46,769 nucleotides of DNA from a virus (taxonomy: Duplodnaviria > Caudoviricetes). Location: IMG/VR virus record IMGVR_UViG_3300013132_000081, positions 1 through 46,769 of that record. One strand, written 5' to 3'. This document shows positions 42,772-46,769 of this stretch, piece after piece (the first letter of the stretch is position 1; each line of letters opens with the position of its first letter). Both the position numbers and the translations under genes were made by a program. The notes beneath the pieces are model-generated. The model had not been told where the DNA came from and did no database searches. It saw nothing but the letters and a program-made list of their open reading frames with translations.

Positions 42772-44559
42772 CTAGGCGGCCTCGCCGTAGCCGTCGCCCC
42801 AGCGGCGGACCAGCTCGGCGTCCGTGGTGAGCGGGACCTGGAACTTGGTCCGCTCGGGCATGACCTCGTTGACGACGGCCAGCGCGTCGTGCGCGGCGTC
42901 CTCCGGCCACTCGAAGAGGACCTCGTCGTGGATGGGGAGGATCATCGTCTCGCCCACCCAGGTGCGGCTCAGCTCGACCAGCTTGGCCTTGAGCACGTCG
43001 GCCGCCGTCCCCTGGATGAGGTAGTTCACGGCCTTGTAGGCCTCGCGCGGCCAGCAGGGCTCCTTGCGCCCGTAGGCCGTCACCACGTGGGGGTCGCCGC
43101 TCTCCTGGTTGCGGACCCAGAGCTGCTTGGCCACGCGGCTGGGGAAGGCGTCCTTGCGGGTCTCGGGGAAGGCCCGCTCGTAGGCGCTGTTGGCCTCGCT
43201 GGCCTCCGCCAGGGTCAGGCCCGACGTCGCCGCGAAGGTCTCCAGCCCGGAGCCGTACATCTTGCCGAGCGCGACGCCCTTGACCTTCTTGCGGAGGGGC
43301 TTGGGGACCTCGTCCTCCCAGCCGACGCCGAACACCATCCGGGCCGAGTTGGACCACAGGTCGTAGCCCGACCGGCCCTGCGAGGCGAGGTGGTCGCCGT
43401 AGCGGACCATCTCCAGCATCCGCTGGTCCCCGGAGTAGTGGGCGAAGAGCCGGCCCTCGATCTGGTCGTAGTCGGCCTTGCCCATGTAGTAGCCCTCGGG
43501 CACCCAGAAGGCGTTGCGGATGCGGTCGTCCTTGGCCGGCAGGTTCTGGAGCGAGGGCCTGGACACGCTCATGCGTCCCGTGCGGGCCCCGAGCGGGTTG
43601 ATGCTGGCGTGGAGCCGCCCGTCGGGTCCGCAGAGCTCCAGGATGTTCCGGCCGTAGGTGTGGGTCATCTTGTGGTACTCGCGGTGGCCCAGGGTCAGCT
43701 GGGCGACCGGGTGGTCGATGGCCCGCAGGATGTCGTCGTCGAGCTTGGGGTTGCCCTTGTCGGTGAAGACGATCGGGCGCCAGCCGGTCTCCCGCTCCAG
43801 GGCCCGCATGACCTGCTGGTCGGAGTTGGGGTTGTGGACGTTGAACTGCTCCTTGAGCACGTGCCCGACGGCGGCCTCCTGGCGGCCCCAGTCCTCCATG
43901 GCCCGGGTCAGGTAGCCGCGGTCGATGAGGATGCCCCGCCGCTCCATGTCGCACAGGACCTGGGTCGAGGCGATCTCCAGGTCGTAGATCCCCTGGTAGC
44001 CCTGGGCGATCCAGGGGTAGAGCTCGTCGGCGAGCTGGGCGGTCAGCACGGTGTCGAAGGCGGCGTACTTCCAGAGGAGCTCGACGGGGACGGTGTCCCA
44101 GGTCCAGCCGCCGGCGGTCATGGCCTGCTTCAGCTCGTCCTCGCCGTGGAGCGCCCAGGGGCCGAGGACCTCGGCGGACTTCGGCTTCAGGCCGGTGCGC
44201 TTGGCCGGGTTCAGGATGTGGGCCATGGCGCGGGTGTCGTGGACCAGCCACCGCTTGAGCCGGACGCCGTTGACCTCCAGGAAGTGGGTGTCGAACTTGG
44301 CGTTGTGCATCGCGATGGGGCCGTCGTAGCGGTTGAGGGCCTCGATGATGAGGCCGGCCCAGCGGTCCCACTCGATGCACCAGCCGTGGTGCCTGTCCCC
44401 GAACTGGACGGTCCGCAGCCGGTCGCGCCACCAGTCGAAGCCGCCGGTCTCGGTGTCGACGGCGAGCCAGGTCCTGCGCTGGCCGAGCCAGTGCATGAAG
44501 TCGTTGGCGTCGGAGAGGGTCTCGACCCAGTGGAGCTCGATGTCTGTCGTGCCTGGCAC
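42772..44559 (-). CDS. polA: DNA polymerase family A (3'-5' exonuclease plus polymerase; no 5'-3' exonuclease)
   Basis: DTET, HNAKFD, YAAFD; TGRMS..PSLQN, ADYDQIE, K...LG..YG, IQGTAAD, HDE. Confidence 0.96.
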   Translation of the reverse strand: MPGTTDIELHWVETLSDANDFMHWLGQRRTWLAVDTETGGFDWWRDRLRTVQFGDRHHGWCIEWDRWAGLIIEALNRYDGPIAMHNAKFDTHFLEVNGVRLKRWLVHDTRAMAHILNPAKRTGLKPKSAEVLGPWALHGEDELKQAMTAGGWTWDTVPVELLWKYAAFDTVLTAQLADELYPWIAQGYQGIYDLEIASTQVLCDMERRGILIDRGYLTRAMEDWGRQEAAVGHVLKEQFNVHNPNSDQQVMRALERETGWRPIVFTDKGNPKLDDDILRAIDHPVAQLTLGHREYHKMTHTYGRNILELCGPDGRLHASINPLGARTGRMSVSRPSLQNLPAKDDRIRNAFWVPEGYYMGKADYDQIEGRLFAHYSGDQRMLEMVRYGDHLASQGRSGYDLWSNSARMVFGVGWEDEVPKPLRKKVKGVALGKMYGSGLETFAATSGLTLAEASEANSAYERAFPETRKDAFPSRVAKQLWVRNQESGDPHVVTAYGRKEPCWPREAYKAVNYLIQGTAADVLKAKLVELSRTWVGETMILPIHDEVLFEWPEDAAHDALAVVNEVMPERTKFQVPLTTDAELVRRWGDGYGEAA

Positions 44560-44685
44560 GGTGTTCCTTCCTCGGGGGCCGCCGCCCAGCGGCCCTGCGG
44601 TGCTCGGGGTCCCGGCCCGACGGGGGCTAGCCGACTGAGCGATGTGTGGTTCAGCGTGCGCCCTGGCTCGGGCCGGGTCCCGGGC

Positions 44686-45120
44686 TCAAACCCTGCCGCG
44701 GGCCCTGACCACTTCGGCCACCCTGGCGGCCGCCTCGTCCGGCCGGTCGTGCTCCCAGACGCGGACGACGGACCACCCCGCCGCCGTGAGCCTCTCGGTC
44801 GTGTCCAGGTCCCTGGCGCGGGTCCGCTCGATCTTCGCCCGCCACCAGGCCTCGTTGGCGCCGGAGGGCCTGAAGTGCTCGGGGCACCCGTGCCAGTAGC
44901 ACCCGTCGACGAAGACGGCGACCCGGGCGCCGACGAAGGTGACGTCGGCCTTGCGCCTCAGGCCGTCCAGGCCGAGCGGCCGGTCGAGCCGGTAGCCGGT
45001 CAGCCCCAGGCGCCGGAGGTGGAACCGCAGCTCGACCTCCGGCTTGGTGTCCCGGACCTTGACCCGGCGCATCCGCTCCGACACGGCGGCGGAGGTGGCG
45101 GGCGGGTCGCCCCAGCTCAT
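44686..45120 (-). CDS. vsr: Very short patch repair endonuclease
   Basis: SERM..V..RDTKPE, VFVDGCYWHGCP, GW.V.RVWEH. Confidence 0.92.
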   Translation of the reverse strand: MSWGDPPATSAAVSERMRRVKVRDTKPEVELRFHLRRLGLTGYRLDRPLGLDGLRRKADVTFVGARVAVFVDGCYWHGCPEHFRPSGANEAWWRAKIERTRARDLDTTERLTAAGWSVVRVWEHDRPDEAAARVAEVVRARGRV

Positions 45121-45710
45121 CGGATCTCGACCCCGAGCTCGTCGAGCCGCTCCAGGTAGGCGTACTCGGCGCGGGACGGGCGCCAGGCCCGGATCTCCAC
45201 GCCGAGCGGCTCCAGGTCGTCGGCGGCCCAGCGGTGCTTCTGCGGCCTGAGGACGGCCCTCTTCTCGTCGAGGATGATCCTGTTGTCGGCGTCCCTGACG
45301 GAGGCCGGCATGACCGGCTCCATGAACCGGCCGTGGTCGGCCCCGCCGGCCGGGACCCCCCACTCCGTCTGCAGGCCGAAGCGCAGGGCGACGGCGGCCA
45401 TGACCTGGCCCTCCAGCTCGGAGAAGGCCGGCAGCTGGTGCTTGAGCGGCCGGACCATGTCCCCGACGTAGGCCTCGGTGGCGTCGTGGAGGAGGGCCCA
45501 GAGGGCGTCCTCCTCGGGCACCGCCCGGCTCATCAGCACGCAGTGCTCCGCGACGGAGTAGAACCGCTCGACGTGGCCGCCGTACCGGCAGAGCATGGAC
45601 AGGGACCGAGCGATGTCCCGGGGCTCGACGAGCATGGGCTCGGGCTGGGTCGGCCAGAAGCGGCCGCCGGTGTGAGTCGCCATCCAGGCGTTGGTCAGGT
45701 CCTGCGTCAT
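45117..45710 (-). CDS. HD-domain phosphohydrolase (YfbR/YfdR-like 5'-deoxynucleotidase)
   Basis: DIA.SL..CRYGGH..FYSVAEH, LLHDATEAY.GD..P.K motifs. Confidence 0.88.
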   Translation of the reverse strand: MTQDLTNAWMATHTGGRFWPTQPEPMLVEPRDIARSLSMLCRYGGHVERFYSVAEHCVLMSRAVPEEDALWALLHDATEAYVGDMVRPLKHQLPAFSELEGQVMAAVALRFGLQTEWGVPAGGADHGRFMEPVMPASVRDADNRIILDEKRAVLRPQKHRWAADDLEPLGVEIRAWRPSRAEYAYLERLDELGVEIR

Positions 45711-46192
45711 CGCTGGGTCCCCTCGTGGGTGATGGTGAGCCCGGAGTCCCTGTAGACCCCGGCGATCCGGAGGGCGTCGGCCTGCCGCCAGTCCTCCCAG
45801 TCCGGGCAGACCAGCCTGGCCACCCCGGAGTTGGCGACCGCCAGCGCGCACTTCCAGCACGGCGCCGCGGTCACGTAGACGGTCCCGCCGGCCCTCAGGC
45901 GCCGGTCGGACTGCATGAGGGCGTTGACCTCGGCGTGGATGGCCACGCACGGGACGCCCCGGACCTCCTCTGAGCCCCGACCGCCCTGAGGGCAGTAACT
46001 TGCGCACCCGGAGTCGTCCGGGAGCCCCAGGGAGCCCCTGAAGCCCGCCGGGGGCCCGTTGTAGCCGATCCAGTGGTCGCGGTTGTCGGGCGAGACGACG
46101 ACCGCCCCCACCCGGCGGACCCCGCACGCGGAGCGGGCGGCCACGTCGGCGGCCACCCGCATCCACGTGGCGTCCCAGCTGGGACGGGTCAC
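45707..46192 (-). CDS. dCMP deaminase
   Basis: RS.C..RRVGAV, GYNG, HAEVNA, PCWKC. Confidence 0.92.
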   Translation of the reverse strand: MTRPSWDATWMRVAADVAARSACGVRRVGAVVVSPDNRDHWIGYNGPPAGFRGSLGLPDDSGCASYCPQGGRGSEEVRGVPCVAIHAEVNALMQSDRRLRAGGTVYVTAAPCWKCALAVANSGVARLVCPDWEDWRQADALRIAGVYRDSGLTITHEGTQR

Positions 46193-46473
46193 GAGGCGAA
46201 GTCCGAGTCTCGGAGGCGCCGGGCGTTGTAGGCCACCTCGAACAGGGCACCAGGCCAGAGCCGCAGCTCGACGGACGCCTGCTCCAGGGTCGGGATCTCG
46301 TAGCCGTTGGTCCCGTCCTCGTCGACCACCGGGGAGGTGAGCTTCCGCCAGGTCTCGGTGGACAGCTCAGAGTCCTTGACGATCCTCCGGTAGGAGTGGT
46401 GGTTGGCAAGGGCCTGCTTGGCCTCCTCGACCGCCTTGACCAGTGCGCGCTGCTGCCTGTCGTTGACCTTCAC
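46189..46473 (-). CDS. Hypothetical protein, possible degenerate HTH
   Basis: GTGA coupling; SYRRIVKDSELSTETWRKL...TLEQ...L.L.PG.L. Confidence 0.55.
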   Translation of the reverse strand: MKVNDRQQRALVKAVEEAKQALANHHSYRRIVKDSELSTETWRKLTSPVVDEDGTNGYEIPTLEQASVELRLWPGALFEVAYNARRLRDSDFAS

Positions 46474-46769
46474 TTCCCCAGCCCGTCCCCGGCGTCCCAC
46501 GACAGGTGGACCTGGTGGTCCCGCTCCCTGCCGCAGATCAGCCCGCCGAACTCGGTGACGCAGGCCCAGAAGGTGTCGGGGTCCTCGCCGTCGGCCTGGA
46601 AGGGGTGGCACTCCCGGGTGGGGGTCGGGGAGGACTCCAGCTCGCGGGCCCGGCGCCGGGCATGGCAGGCGCCGTCGATGAGGCCCTCGTACCAGTTGAC
46701 CAGGCCCTCCTTGTTCTGGGTGGCGCCGAGGATCCGGAACAGGTGCTGGAGGGTCCCCATCTGGTCCTC
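46470..46769 (-). CDS. Hypothetical protein, probably cut by the window edge
   Basis: Frame open to the window end; GTGA coupling downstream. Confidence 0.55.
   Translation of the reverse strand, partial: EDQMGTLQHLFRILGATQNKEGLVNWYEGLIDGACHARRRARELESSPTPTRECHPFQADGEDPDTFWACVTEFGGLICGRERDHQVHLSWDAGDGLGK

Larger units (their letters stand above)
1..46769. mobile_element. Tailed bacteriophage (siphovirus-like, actinophage-like) genome segment
   Basis: Complete virion gene order terS-terL-portal-capsid-neck-tail-TMP-lysis on +, converging with replication genes on -; no host housekeeping genes; very high GC. Confidence 0.97.

Noticed and set aside
36524-45710. Z-genome (2-aminoadenine) pathway suggested by MazG-like, HD hydrolase and PolA genes
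   Set aside because: No purZ in the window, the genes are not clustered, and the HD protein looks like the common YfbR/YfdR type. It cannot be excluded for the unseen part of the genome.

Overview
A ~47 kb segment of a very GC-rich tailed dsDNA phage with siphovirus-type organisation and an inferred actinobacterial host. The left arm (277-29153, + strand) carries packaging, head, tail and lysis genes: terS/terL, portal, scaffold, decoration, major capsid, neck proteins, major tail, frameshifted tail chaperones, tape measure, minor tail proteins, endolysin and holins. The right arm (29385 to the end, - strand) carries small promoter-driven cassettes followed by replication, recombination and nucleotide genes: primase-helicase, MazG-like, SSB-like, Sak4-like ATPase, RNase H-PD-(D/E)XK fusion, SNF2 helicase, RuvC-like, PolA, Vsr, HD hydrolase and dCMP deaminase. 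No integrase or repressor is recognisable in the window. Most notable: (1) a 34-aa secreted pro-peptide (signal peptide plus KDTTWGY), absent from the ORF track and isolated between two terminators, a candidate phage communication or host-signal-mimic peptide with no receptor in view; (2) a MuF-papain-fold toxin with a candidate immunity gene; (3) a 57-nt anticodon-less tRNA-like element; (4) a repeated promoter plus palindromic-RBS cassette driving a family of small paralogues; (5) two unusual domain fusions; (6) a 31-bp perfect inverted repeat bracketing the tail and lysis module. All assignments come from reading motifs by eye; no searches were run.
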